Shown: positions 40,754 to 53,934 of the stretch, piece after piece
Layout: each line of letters opens with the position of its first letter
Position numbering within the stretch: the stretch's first letter is position 1
Source of the DNA: Chlorokybus atmophyticus
Taxonomy: Eukaryota; Plantae; Mesostigma and Chlorokybus algae
Length of the DNA: 64,000 nucleotides
Assembly: GCA_009103225.1 (NCBI GenBank)
Contig: RHPI01000638.1
Location: 868,001 to 932,000 of the forward strand
Direction: 5' to 3'
Position numbers and translations under genes: made by a program
Notes under the pieces: generated by a model
Database searches by the model: none
Told to the model about the DNA's origin: nothing
What the model saw: only the letters and a program-made list of their open reading frames with translations

Positions 40754-41279
40754 GCAACGATTTAGCTCAATCTTACAAGATAGATGGCCTGCCAGGTTGA
40801 CATGTGCATGCTGGTTGGTTGGGTGTTGCCAGCTTGCACATGCATCGCAAAAGTTTCTGAATGCTTACAGTACCAGCATGCCGTGCATCCACTTTATGAC
40901 ATGGCAAGCTTGCGTGCCCTATGCAAGTAGCACAGCTGAATCATGAACTGCCGCACCATGCAGATTTCCAGTGCATAGGCAAAGACTGTAGCAGTGCATA
41001 CCGCCCTGAAGCTCAGAATATGCCGCACGAGTGGCTTTTCCCCGGTGCTGAGTCATGTCCGCATGTAATGACCATGCTACTGACTAGCATGCAATACGCA
41101 TCGCTATACTTGCAGGCCTGTGCCAACATGGGCACGCAACAGGATTACCCAAGAACCTTCCTACATGATTACATTTACGTGTAGTGATATATAGCGTGCT
41201 AGTACAGTTGTTTGTTACCAATGCTTACTAGATGACATAGATTGCGAGCTAGGAATGACTAACCTATTTTATTCGGTTG

Positions 41280-42775
41280 TCAGTGAGGGGCCTCCCAGCG
41301 TCTGTCACCACCCTTGTACGCCATCAAACTGCACTCGTGTAGATCTCTGCCAACAAGTGGTTTTAGTACAGGTCTTGCTTCTGGAATGCAAGTCCCATTG
41401 CACGCATGCACAGAACGCTCTTACTGTCCAATCGTTTGCAAGTGTTGACCCCAACCGCGTGTGTACATGCCTATCACACCAATACAAACCACATTGATGT
41501 GTGTGACGCAATCACCTGAAGCCGATCTCAGTGAAGAATCGCTTTGCTGATGGCGGCGAATACGCTGCAAAACTGGAAGGGCCTCTGCTTCTGACATGCT
41601 GCGGGAAGCAACTGATTGTGAGTGCTTGGTTTGATACAAGATTAACACATAAATAAACTTTAGTGCAACACGTGCTTTGCTGCAGTTTGACTTACATCTA
41701 TCAGACGCTTGACTATGGCGCGCCCAATGCCGCGCCCTTGATACACAGGATGCACGGCAACATCGCACAGTGTGGCCTGTTAGTTGCCCATAGCAGTCAA
41801 ACATCTGCTTCTGATAGGCCAGCGCAATGCAAAGCTACATGGCCACAGTCTCACCACAAAAGCTCCGTCCGAGATAGCCCTTGCACAACCCACTAGTTGC
41901 TGCTGCGTGATGCCACTAGCTTGCCGTATAGGAGCATAAACCGCCACCACCTTATGGATGGCAAGAGTTCAGCCGCTTGTCCAACACTGTTGGGCTCGGC
42001 ATGCACTGCATGCGTGACCTTCGCTGTGCTCGTGCATGTACTTGTGCGTGGCTTATGCGTGTGCATGCATACGTGCCCGTGTGCATGTACGCTCTGTACA
42101 CTGGTGCAAATCGGCACGATGCAGCTGAGCTTAAGGGTACAAGTACATATCATGCAAAGTAGCGCACGCGACAACCGTCAACAAGTGACTCACCGCAAAG
42201 CTATGGCGCAAAGCAGTGGCTACTTTATGCGGATCGCGAGGCTCCCCAGTGGCTGCCATCCATAAGTCGTTGAGCTGCCAACAGCGAATGCATAAGCTGT
42301 AAAGCAGCATGGCAGTAGGTCATCACAGAAAAGCATACCTCAAAGACATTGACGACGCTTGCATCAAAACAGTAGATCAAGTCGGCAGCTTTTGGTAACC
42401 TGGTGGCCCAGGCTGGCCTCGCCACAACACTCGCAGCAGACTCAACCTGCCATAGTTGCAGTGACAGTCTGACACGAGTATTGTAATGTAGCAACATTGC
42501 AACTAGTAGCTTGTCAAGTAGCCGAAATGCTCTATTACAACAATACGCACGCTTACCTCAACTACTGAGGAGATGTCTCTTGCATAGCTGGAGCTGGCAA
42601 TCTCAGTTGTTGCTGGCGTGGACACACACACTGCTGGATGCAACACTACTGGCTGCTGTCGTCTGGCATGTTGCCTTGAATGCTTCACGCTCAAGCGACA
42701 ACCAGGGAAACTCGGAACAGCTACAGCAGTGCTCAACACGCAACTTACACCAGGACCAGCAATGCAGCTGTCCAT
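41280..42775 (-). CDS. Plastid-targeted GNAT N-acetyltransferase (GNAT1/GNAT2/SNAT-like)
   Basis: Transit-peptide-like exon 1. RDPHKVATALRHSFA|VVAVY...LVGCARAISDGAFV|ATLCDVAVHPVYQGRGIGRAIVKRLID (acetyl-CoA motif Q-x-x-G-x-G)|...RFFTEIGF. The last exon is inferred. Confidence 0.85.
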
Positions 42776-43008
42776 AGCACACAGCCTAACACAAGACTAG
42801 CTGCTGCGAGTCACAGTGTGCTCTAGCATGTTAAACTATTGACTGGCGACGCAACGTTGCCAGGTGGAAGTCTCAAGCAGCCGCGTATCGACAGCCTTCT
42901 AGCAAACATGAATGCAAGAGCTGCCCAGTTGCATGGCTTGAATGCCAAGTGCAATTAAGCATGTGTGCAAGCGCCTGCTTCGCCAGCTGCTCGCGAACAG
43001 CAGCGTCC

Positions 43009-43113
43009 TTAGAGCGTGTCCAGCTTCCCGGCCGGCTTTTGTTCAGAGAGGATGACAAGCACCAGCAGCGCCGCCACTAGGAGGATCAGACCCACGATGA
43101 GCAGCGTAGCCAT
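43009..43113 (-). CDS. Candidate 34-aa single-pass membrane peptide upstream of the GNAT gene
   Basis: MATLLIVGLILLVAALLVLVILSEQKPAGKLDTL*, with a gtcATGG start context and mostly G/C-ending codons. Confidence 0.3.
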   Translation of the reverse strand: MATLLIVGLILLVAALLVLVILSEQKPAGKLDTL

Positions 43114-44029
43114 GACGGCGACGACGTCCTCTACCGCACCGACGACGACGACGGGGCCGCGGACATGACAGCTGTCATATCCACACTGCCAAGCATGCAC
43201 ACACGCAACAGGTACTCTTGGCCGGTCGCTGCAGGTCTCACACCCGCTTCGGCCAGGCAGTGGCAGCCTCAAACACAAGTCGCAGCACATGCACAAACCG
43301 GTGGTGTTTGGGTCGAAGGCCGGAAGTCTGAGCCAGGGGGATGCCACGTTGACGCTCGCACGAAACGCACAAGACAAGCAGTGCTGCTTGTGTCAAGTGC
43401 GGCAGGGCACAAGGCAGCTCACACGTCAGCGCAAGGCAGTGTAAGCTCAGCATGCCGTTGCGCTGACGTTGGCGGCAGTACAGTAGTAGCGTCAGCATCA
43501 CTGGTGGTGGTGGTGGTGGTGTTGGCGTCAAGGGTGTGTTTGGCTACTACTTGATCGTAGCAGCTTGACAAGTGCGGACGAGGGGTTGTGCCTGTGTGTG
43601 CTGCTTGTTTGCCGGCGTATCTTGGGTCGAGGTGGAGCTTTGAGCTGCTTGGTAGTTGAGAGGTACGCTGAGATGCAGCGCAGCTCGGGTTATGCTTGAT
43701 TATGCTTGATTGCAGTTGCAGTGCTTGAAGTGTGCGTTTTTTGCCAGTTGTTCTTGTTGTGGCCAGCAATGTTCTCATGAGACCGAGTCATTGCAAGTTT
43801 GAAATGCCAGACAATGCATTTGACAGCAACTTGTGAGGACTGCAGGCACACGGTGCTGTCATGCATTGTGTTTCGGTCTGTCAATGCGCACGCTGCACTG
43901 ATGTTCAATCATGTTCTTGATTGTTTGGCTGGATATGGCTGAAGACACAAATGCACCTGACTGCATCAGGCTTCTTGACATCTGCTCGTGCATTGTGTGC
44001 ACTGCGTTTTCAAACACAGCAAAGGTAGC

Positions 44030-47000
44030 ATGGCGGATGAGCTGCTTATCAAGCAACACGCATTCCTGGGGCGTCTGGGCTTAGAAGAAGAAAACAATGG
44101 AGTGTATGGTGGAGCGGAGATAGGCGGCAAATGGATGGGCTCAGGTGTATCTTCAACTTCATTGCTTCTTGTACCAAAGAATAACAGATGTGCAGTCCAT
44201 ACTTCAGCGAGTGTGCAGTGCATTCAAATGTAGCTACTTGCGTGTGCAGGTGATGTCATCACCACGTACTCGCCAGCCAACAACCAGGTACTGAACGACT
44301 GAGGGCAAGCAGCTGCTGAACGACTAAGGGCAAGCAGTGGCTTGATTCGCAGATTAGGCATGGTATGCACTGAGACACTCATTGGTGTTGCTGGTTGGCA
44401 GCCTATCGCAAGAGTTCGCGAGGCGTCCACATCAGACTACGAGCAGTGTTTGCAAGCATGCGAGGAGGCCAAAGTACAGTGGATGCTGGTAGGTGGCAGG
44501 CTGGCCAGGCTGCATGCTCATTATATACATTTGGATGTGCTTGCAATGCAACGCACTAGCCAATGCGCGATGCTGTTACAAATGACTTTGCATGTGTGCA
44601 GACCCCAGCGCCCAAGAGAGGAGAGATTGTCCGGCAGATCGGGGATGCCTTGCGCAGAAACTTGAATGATTTGGGCATGCTGATTGCACTCGAGTGTGGC
44701 AAAATTCTTGCAGAAGGCATCGGCGAAGTGCAGGTGATTGCATCAGTCCGACAAGACTGGCTGCAAGTTTCGTGTGCAGTGTAGTACTAGTGCTACTATT
44801 GCAGACAGAAGTAGTGCATGTACCCGCTGGCACTTAGGTTGCATGTAGCACGTCAAGTTGTCATCTGTTGAGAAGTCATCGCTAGGTGTTGTGATGAGCT
44901 CTCTGCTCATTGCACGCTCTCTGGCAGGAGTTCATCGACATGTGCGACTTTGCTGTGGGGTTGAGCAGGCAGCTGAACGGCCAAGTTCTACCCTCCGAGA
45001 GTAAGCTTGAACTCATGAGACTTACAGTCAATGCAGCCACTGTCATGACACACGTGTCATGACAAACCTTACTGCCGCAGGACCCGGCCACTTCATGATG
45101 GAGGTGGGCTTGCAGTGGGAGCATCTTCTTGAGGCAATAGCCAGTCTGATTGACCTGGCACAGTGCAGGTTTGGAACCCGCTCGGTATCGTCGGGGTGAT
45201 TTCAGCATTCAACTTCCCCAACGCTGTACTAGGTAAGGCTTCATGCCGTTGCAGGCCCTTTGCCGAGTGCCAGCTGCACTGCTGTGTTTCTATTGCCAAT
45301 GAGGCTGAGCAGGACAGGCTGATTGTACAGGAACTCTTTTGCATGTTGAGCTCATGGCTGCATGTGTTTGCAGGCTGGAACGCTTGCATCGCTCTCGTCT
45401 GCGGCAGCTGTGTTGTATGGTGCGTATGCAACCGTTATTCCACTACACATTCTTGGTCGTGTATTGTTACTGGCACTCACTTTGCTTGATTGATCTTCTT
45501 TCCGAGTCAGCTTTTGTGGTTGCGTGATAGAGCGCATGCCATGTGCCGTTGAAGTCATTCTGCATGGCTCTGCAGGAAAGGTGCACCGACAACATCACTG
45601 GTGTCCGTTGCCACGACGCGTATCATAGCATCGGTGTTGGCGGCCAACAAACTCCCCGGCGCCATCTTCACCAATGTGTGCGGTGGGGCTGAGATTGGGT
45701 CAAAGATGGCAGAGGATAAAAGGATCCACCTTCTATCATTCACTGGTAGCTCAAAGGTAACGAGTGCATGCTTCGTTAAATGCAGGGTGCTGGTTGCAGT
45801 CAACATGGCTTGCTGTTGACTTTTGGGTTGTGCGTGCTGTGCATCGTCACGTACACAATGCAATAATTGCTGCTGCAGTAGACTACCTTCAATATCTTCG
45901 CAGATTGGTAAGGAGGTGCAAGCGAAGGTGGATGCTAGGTTTGGGAAGTCGCTACTTGAGTTGAGTGGCAACAACGCCATTGTGGTGAGTACCTTCGTAA
46001 GTATTTCTGGCAGTACTGCTGGGAGTATGGCACACTCCTGTTCCTTCAACAGCACAAATATCTTGTCAAGTGCAGGTGATGGCGGATGCTGACTTGTCCC
46101 TTGCTATACGCGCGGTGCTCTTTGCGGCTGTTGGAACTGCCGGCCAGCGCTGCACCACGTGCAGGCGGCTCATAGTACAGGAGGCAGTTTATGACACTGT
46201 GGTTGGTCAGCTGATGAACGCTTACAAACAGGTGCAATCCAGACTGCCAGAAACTGGTGTCGATGGTGCCTGGTATAGCAGCTGTAAGGTATGCGGATGT
46301 GGGAGGTAACATTGATTGCTTGCCAGGTGAAGATTGGTGACCCGCTGGAGGCTGGCACGCTGTGCGGCCCGCTGCATGCCCGCTATGCTGTGGATGCGTT
46401 CAAGAAGGGCACTGAGGCCATCAAGAGCCAAGGCGGCAAGGTAAGCCAACTTGTCAAGCTCACAACTTGCCGTACAGTGTGCGCATGTGTTCTTTGATGA
46501 GAGGTGCATGGCGAGTGTTACTTACGAGTACACTCCGCAGATCCTGCATGGTGGTGATGTGCTGGACGGCCCTGGAAACTATGTGCAACCCACCCTGGTA
46601 GAGATCACGCACGACAAGCCCATGGTCAAGTACGTGTCCGTCTGTGTTCGTCAGAGACCTCACATAGATGGCCGACTGTCTGAGTATATGCATTCAGGCA
46701 ACTGTCCCACTCAAAGTCGCGTATGTATTGTGACAGTGTGGTGCATAGCAACAGAGTATTTGACGACTTAGTTTTGATGTTGACTGCAGGGAGGAGCTGT
46801 TTGCGCCAGTGCTGTATGTTATGAAGTTCAAGACACTGGATGAGGCCATTGCTTGGAATAATGAAGTCTCGCAGGTGAGCGCAGTCAACACTATGACACT
46901 TGCAGATGGTACTTGATGGTCACAATTTGGCAGCGAACACATCAACTCAATGGCAGGGCCTGAGCAGCAGCATATTTACAAAAGATCCCGCGAACATCTT

Positions 47001-47299
47001 CAAGTGGGTTGGTCCAACCGGGTCTGACTGCGGGATTGTCAATGTTAATATCCCAACAAATGGTACAGACGGTGTAACCTACCACACTGCGGCGAGCACA
47101 AGATGCATGTGCAATGACTGCATGCTTGAATTGTTATGCAGGCGCGGAGATTGGCGGTGCTTTCGGTGGAGAGAAAGCCACTGGAGGGGGCAGGGAGGCC
47201 GGCAGCGACAGCTGGAAGCAGTACATGCGGCGCTCAACTTGCACAATCAACTACAGCGCTGCACTGCCCCTCGCACAAGGCATCTCGTTCGCGGTGTAG
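44030..47299 (+). CDS. ALDH7B4: Aldehyde dehydrogenase family 7 (antiquitin), 16 exons
   Basis: [13 protein letters not shown]; [16 protein letters not shown]; SFTGSS; LELSGNNA; GTAGQRCTT (catalytic Cys); EELFAPVLY; [33 protein letters not shown]. Confidence 0.97.
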
Positions 47300-47814
47300 G
47301 CACGCGCACGTTGCACAAGGATGGCTTCAGAGTTGTCACTCTGCAGGGGTGTGTAATTGACAGCGCGCGCATAGCCTACGGGTCTTGTAGACATGGGTGT
47401 CTTGTGTTGTACAAACAATGCGCCGCGTGGTTGCTGTATGCGAAGCCGGATGATGTTGATGCACCTTGGCAGGCTGCGCTTACACGCATGTAAAGCTGCA
47501 ACAAGTGTGTAGAGCACATCGCGCTGACGATTACTTCAACAAGGAATGGTGATCACCCGCTATGCGGTATCTATAAGGCATACGATAGCTCCAACTATTG
47601 CTGGGTAATGTCTTGCCTGTATATCTAGCCAATTCAATCAAGCATATTCAACCTTGTACGCTAGCCAATGTACACCCCAGCTACTTCTATAGGTAGCCCA
47701 CACTGTCAGTACATGAAACAGCTGCTATTACTACCACTGCCATCATACAGTAACAATAACAATAACCCAATCTATGTACATAATCACATGCTAGTTGCAG
47801 CAAACAATTTCGTG

Positions 47815-50014
47815 TTATTGGCGGTACCCTGCAGGCAACGCCACCACATGCTTAAATGGTGTTGGTCTTTGGGGCACTCCTTCAACACCTTCTTCCTCAT
47901 CATCATCAAACTCCAGCAAGTAACTGCGGACAATATGGCCAAGTATGTGAGTACCATCCTGCTAGCCGTCTGAAGACAAGTTTCAGCCAGCATCCAAAGA
48001 CATGGTCAACTTACTCGCTTGTCTTGCGCTGGTGTGGTTGTTGTAGGATTCAACACATGAAGACTTTGTTAAGCCAACAATGACATGACGTTTATTGTTG
48101 TAGAGGAAAACAAACCACAAGCACAAACCTTGGATGGTGGTGAGATGCAGGTGGCTCTATACAGTGTGGTAGTTCCTGGATATACAGCGAGGACTTTTGA
48201 CCCACGAGGAAACTCTGGTCGGCCTGCAATCACCAAAAGAGTCGTTTGCAACAAGGTCACAACTGAAAGTCACGTTCGCTATGCACGAAAAACCATAAAC
48301 GCCATGGTAGATAACCGCTGTGACAGCTTGCAGATAATGAATCTGAGCCCATTGCCTCAATCGCGGCACTCAAGCACTGCGTTACCTGTTGGGTCTGGAC
48401 ACTTGGGCAGTGCGATAATGGCGCTAGAAGGCAATGCGTATCTGCAAGCAAACAAGCAAGCCGGTCATAAGCAATCACCATGCCATGAGACATGCTGAGG
48501 GCCCGCATGGGTAGCACTCACCGTTTTGGTTCTCCCCCTTCTTCAGCTGGTTCTTCATCAACGACTTCGTACCTGCAATGCACCATGTGTGTCATGCAGG
48601 TCAATACTCTCATTTGAAGCTGTAAGCTGTGCAATGCTATATACAATGCTGGTCCGCTCGTGCCGGACCTGCGGGTATGAGGATTCAAACCCACAACTGT
48701 CACCAATATCCAGTCGTGCTTCTCAGCGCCATCGCCAGATATACGAGCCGCAACCTGCACAACACAATATGTGGTTTGAGGCACACACCAAATTTTAGTC
48801 GCAAATCACTCCAGCAAAATAAATGCATGAAGCGAAACCTGTTGTGTGGTAGAAACAGCAGCATAGCATGCATCCATACCTGCTCTCCAGGGCGCACGGT
48901 TCTAGGTGGGTCCTTCACATGGTCTCGCCGCTCACCCTCTGTGCGCGGCTTTTTTCGCTTGGTATTATCGCCTGATCGCACTGGAACTGACCCTGGGGGA
49001 AGAAGCGCCTCCAGCTGTGCACAAACACCACAATGACTTGTTGTGAATAAGAAAAGTATGGACCAACACAGCTGCTGCAGATGTAAGATAGCAAGACGCA
49101 GCATCTAAGTCGAGAACACAGTTTGCCATCATGTCGCTGTTCGCCCCTAGGTTGCAACAACAGTGACTTCTAAAGAAAGTCTGATGTAGACACCAACCAA
49201 AAAGCAACCCGTGTGATACCGCTGATGCGTCACAGTGGGCGACACGTGTTGTTTACTACTGTTTACTACTCTGACCTCGGCAGCGCATGATGCAGCTGTG
49301 CGCTCAAGAGCGCGCCCCAAGTCTTGAGCCTCGATGTAGAACTCGCGAAGCCGTATCCACAACTTGTCGCCAAACGTTTGCGCCTTCTCTGGGGCTGTCA
49401 GAGCATGCAGCCAACAATCAGCACTCATTGACTAGCTGAATGGGTGCTGCTTATGTGTGGCAAGTCGTTTCATTCCAACTACAACAGGGCACAGTTTGCC
49501 ACTTCGTTGATTACAGACGCAAGATCAACATGAGTCAATGAAGCCACTGGCTTGCCATTTGTTCACACACTTGCCAAGCATGCCAGCATGCCTTGACAGG
49601 TCCTAGACGGCCATAGCCCAGGGACTTGGAATTCAGGCGCAATTGCGCATTGATAGTGATGTCTTTGAGCACAGCAGCACAGCACAAGTGGCGAGCTGAT
49701 TGGCGTAGCACACATGTACATTTGGGTTACGACGACCACAGAGCAAACCAACAGTGGGTGCTTAAGATTGCGACACATGGCTGCCTTTCTGTTGTGCAAT
49801 CCACGCTATACCTCTATCTACTACATCGTGCACACTAATGTGCGTTGAATGCCAACCATTCGTACATCGAAGAAGCGCGCTTACGAGTTACGGCAAGCTT
49901 GGAATGAAGCTTGTTGATCTTCCTGTGAACAGCGTCCTGATCTCGCCTAATCCTTTCTACCTCCCGCAGCCTTGCCAGATAGGCGGTGCCGTCCACCAGG
50001 AGCTCGCCTTCCAT
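47815..50014 (-). CDS. SGF29: SAGA-associated factor 29 (coiled coil plus tandem Tudor), 9 exons including a 14-nt micro-exon
   Basis: GEQ|VAARI...WILVTVV; YEVVDEEP; FPRGSKVLAVYPGTTTLYRAT; K|RKTSD|YLLEFDDDEEEG...VVALPAGYRQ*. Confidence 0.92.
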
Positions 50015-50965
50015 CCGCCAGCCGAAAGCAAGCAGCAACACGCAAACCAGCCAGCGCCAAGCTAAACAGCGAGCTACGGCCCAGCAGGCCAGTGCAAAAA
50101 GCTGCCTCTACCGGCTGGCATGAACCAAACCATCATCCATGCGTGCACTGCGCATTTATCTATTGCCGCAGCTCCCTCAACGCCAACTGGAAGTCAGAGT
50201 TGATAAGAACTGAGGAACCCACCGTCGACGGCGACGTCGACAACAACAAGCTCGCCAACGACAACGACTGCACCGCCCAGCTTGCTACTGCTGCTGCTGC
50301 TGCTGAATGCACCAGTGACGCGCACTGCGGCTTTCAGCTACGACTCCGCTGGCGGGCATCCACCACTCTGCGCGTGCCGCACACGCAGCAAAACAAGCAC
50401 ACAAGTACTGAAAAGCACACAAGTACGCAAGCGAGTGCAGTATTCCTGTAATGTGTGACAATGAAGGTGATGCGCAGAATGGCATGAGGAGTCTTGCATG
50501 CAACGGATCCAGGGGCAGCATGAAAGTCATTGAAGCAGACCTCAGGCAGCACAACTCTGTGTAGATGTATAGTCGCGTATAAGTTCTAAGCCAGCACTCA
50601 GTTGGTGGGAAGCAGTCACCATTGCCAAAAGGAGAACAAGGGGGAACAGAGGCAACAGCTGCATTTGTAAGTGTGATAGTAACAAGGATGCTCTCCTAGG
50701 AACACCGAGCACATTCCGATGTCTGCGTTCTTAACACAACAGCATTATGCGAATAGGAAACAGTTAAAATCTAATTAAACTCTAATCAGGAAGAATGTAC
50801 ATCAGAAGTACAACCAAACAGAAAAACTAATGCTACAAACGCAGGTCAAGGACAATGCTAGAGTGCATATGGAAACAACCGTTCATGTCGATAAGTACAG
50901 CTTATGGCAGGCAGCAGGATGCGCACAATGCGCACTCGCCATCCATCGGCATTTAACCAACATTC

Positions 50966-53934
50966 CTACTCCCAATCGCCCCAACCCTCATCTTCCTCAC
51001 CGTCATCGCCTTGTTTCTTGGCACGGGGGGTTTTCTGCTCAGCAGCAACAGAGGCTTCCTTCTTAGTAGCCACACCAGCAGATTCGGGAGCCGGGCTCTC
51101 CTCAGGCGAACTCTTCTCATCCGAAGCAACAACACACCACCCGCTCGCACCACTTGCTGCGCTGCCATCGCTCTTGTTGTCATGCAGCTCATCCGTGGCG
51201 AACAAGTCATCGGTGTCGTCATCAACGGCGTGCTCTGCTCCATGTGGTTCAGCCGCGGGTGTTGCAGGGACTTGCTTGGGAGTGGCCAAGGCAGGCTCCA
51301 CGTCTTCTTTATGTACAGCTGGAGCAGGGGACTCAATGGCAGGCTCTTCATCAACAGGAGCTGCTGCATCAGAAATCTCTTCCTCCAGAGTGGTGAATAC
51401 AGGGTCTGCTTCAGGCACTGCAACCGGTGACTGCTGCTTAGGAGTCGTCACAGGAGCAGCGGGTTGAGCACTTGGTAGCTCCACAGTGACCTCCGTGGTG
51501 AAACCAGGATCTGCTTCAGGCACTGCAATTGGTGACTGCTGCTTAGGAGTGGCCTCGGCATCAGACAGTTGTGCGTTTGGTAACTCCACAGTAACCTCGG
51601 GCTGTGCCACAGGGGATTCGGGCTTGGAGGCCGGCGCTGAGGTAGTTTCAGGGGTATACACAACTGGGGCAATGCCGGTAGTCTTGGGTCCAACAAGTGT
51701 GGCGGATGGAGACGGCTCCTCTTGGACGGGCTCAGTCGCAACTTGAGCAGTAGGCTGGCTTGTGGTGTTGAGGTCTTTTGGCAGTTCTTGCGGCTCACCC
51801 TCGGCATCATCCACATCCCAGCTCAGCTCATCCTCTTCAGAGACAGTTGCTCGCTTCATCAACTCATTGCGCGCTTCCTGCGCCTGCTGCAGCTTGTATA
51901 ACCGATAGAAATAGCGCATCCAGAATGTCTCGCGCTCCACAATGAGTGGCACTGCAGACAAACATGGTAAGGCCGAGCGCAACAGCAACAATAAGATGTG
52001 GAGTGCACAATTCACGAGAAGTGTGCGATGTTGCCAACAAATTGTACCTATGCGAGTCTGAAGCTCTTGCATGAACGCATTGTCTTTCAACACACCCTCA
52101 ATGTCAGCTTGCCTGCCAACAGACAGCTGTCAGCCCTTCACACAAGCCTGACATAACGGTGCTAATCAAACTGCGTGCAATTGCGACGACTCAATGATTG
52201 CCAATCACGTACTTGTCTTCCATGCGGAATGCCTCCTTCCATGCGGCATAATCTGCAGCATCCTCAGGCTCATCGCAGTACGTACTGCTGTCCCGCTGCA
52301 TGGCACTGACCTGTTGTCGCGGTAAGTAAGGCGAAGCGCGTAGAATCAGCATTGCATGACAAGGACTTGAATGGATCATTACAGCGCAACATAATGTAAC
52401 ATGCAGACTGGCTTTATATACCTCAGCATGCATACGGCTGTACTTTCCACTAACGGCGTACACTGGCCTGTCGGGACGGGCAGGGCGAGTTTTCTTTGCC
52501 TTGAACTCAGTCTCCATTGCAACGGCCTCACGTACTTGCTGGAAGATTTCGGTTGTCCTGGCAGCGCAAGTAGTTTAGGACCATGAATGATGCGATTGAC
52601 CCAGGTATGAACCTTGGGGAACAGCACATGCAGTGTGAACATATCTTCCTGTCATGTACGCAAGCCACATATCAACTGCTGCTCACCCTCTAAAGACAGA
52701 TGAACCAAAAGTCTCCAACCCTCGCCCCATGGCTTCCACTTGCTCCTGTTGCAATCTTGATTCAGTCAGGAAAAGATTGAGAAAGCATTCATCAAAATTT
52801 GTCCTCTTAGGGCTAATGCTTCTCGTAAGACTTACTCAATCGTAAGACCTTTATCGATCTTAACATCGTGCTAGAACTGTCATGGGACATGGCGAAGTGC
52901 AGTGCCAACAATTCAGGCATACTGTAGTGCAAGCACCTGAGCAGTGACAGCTTGGTTTTCAAGTATGTTTGGCAGCTGCGGCAGCTTTGTTGATGTTTTC
53001 TCCACAACCGACTTGCCCTCACGTTGCAGCTCCCGGCCAAACTCAATTATGTCCTTTTGGTACTGAGCAAGCATCTCCTCAGACTGCATATAGCCCACCA
53101 CAGTTGGTTCAATACAACTAGGCAGTTGCAAGCCACAGTGCGCCCAAAGATGGTAGCGCAATTTCTCCTACCTTGTGTTGGGCCTTCACAGTAAGCTCCG
53201 TCACTGCCTTCGCAAGCGTTCCAAAAAGTCTGCAAGCAACCACCGTAATACGATGATTGCAACAGCGATGCTGTATTGGTGAGCTGACTGTTTGAACACG
53301 CGTGCACCAACAACACAAGTACTGCATCTGTCAAAGTTAGGGAGTAGGACATCGTTCAGCTTGCTTGCCTGCCTGCGCCGATTGCCGGCGGAGTTGGTAA
53401 CGCCTGCTCAGCAACAGCCTCGCCTTCAGGTACTGGTACAGACGAAGACGCTCCATCCTTGTCCTAGGATGAACAATAACATTCAAGCATGTATTTTGGC
53501 ACATATTGGCAAAGGCACATCATCAAGGAGAGTGCAACCGCTTCACGACCAGAATATCTACAGGAAGTTGAGCAGGCATGATATGGAGGGATGTGACTTG
53601 AGTTCGACGAACATGTATTGCAACAAGTACATGGATGCAGAATGCGTCTGAAACCCGCCAACAGAATAGACACCAATTTATTAACCTACAATTGACCTTG
53701 ATGATGTGCCTACCATAGTCAGTGAGCTGACAAAATGCACATGACTTGGAGGCATGGCCACACAACCGTCATCTCTCTATTTAGCAAATCTGAACGTTAG
53801 GGTGCCTTGTCTAGTACTGAAACGCACTGTACCTGCTGATTGTCGCTATCAGGCGACTTCTCCTCACGGCGACTTGCATCAGGCACCAAATCTTCACCAA
53901 GAATTACGCTCTGAAAGGAGCGTAAGAAATTCAT
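50966..53934 (-). CDS. BSD-domain protein with a long acidic/Pro-rich tail
   Basis: MNFLRSFQSV; AQ|EQVEAMGRGLETFGSSVFRG; SRMHAEVSAMQRDSSTYCDEPED; VPLIVERETFWMRYFYRLYKLQQ; ends DEGWGDWE*. Confidence 0.9.
51389..51598 (-). repeat. Two tandem 105-bp (35-aa) repeats in the BSD protein tail
   Basis: EVTVELPNAQLSDAEATPKQQSPIAVPEADPGFTT / EVTVELPSAQPAAPVTTPKQQSPVAVPEADPVFTT. Confidence 0.9.

Noticed and set aside
52836-52858. Apparent extra BSD exon (IDKGLTI) with a gtaagt donor
   Set aside because: Including it breaks the phase; direct splicing AQ|EQVEAMG fits the family.
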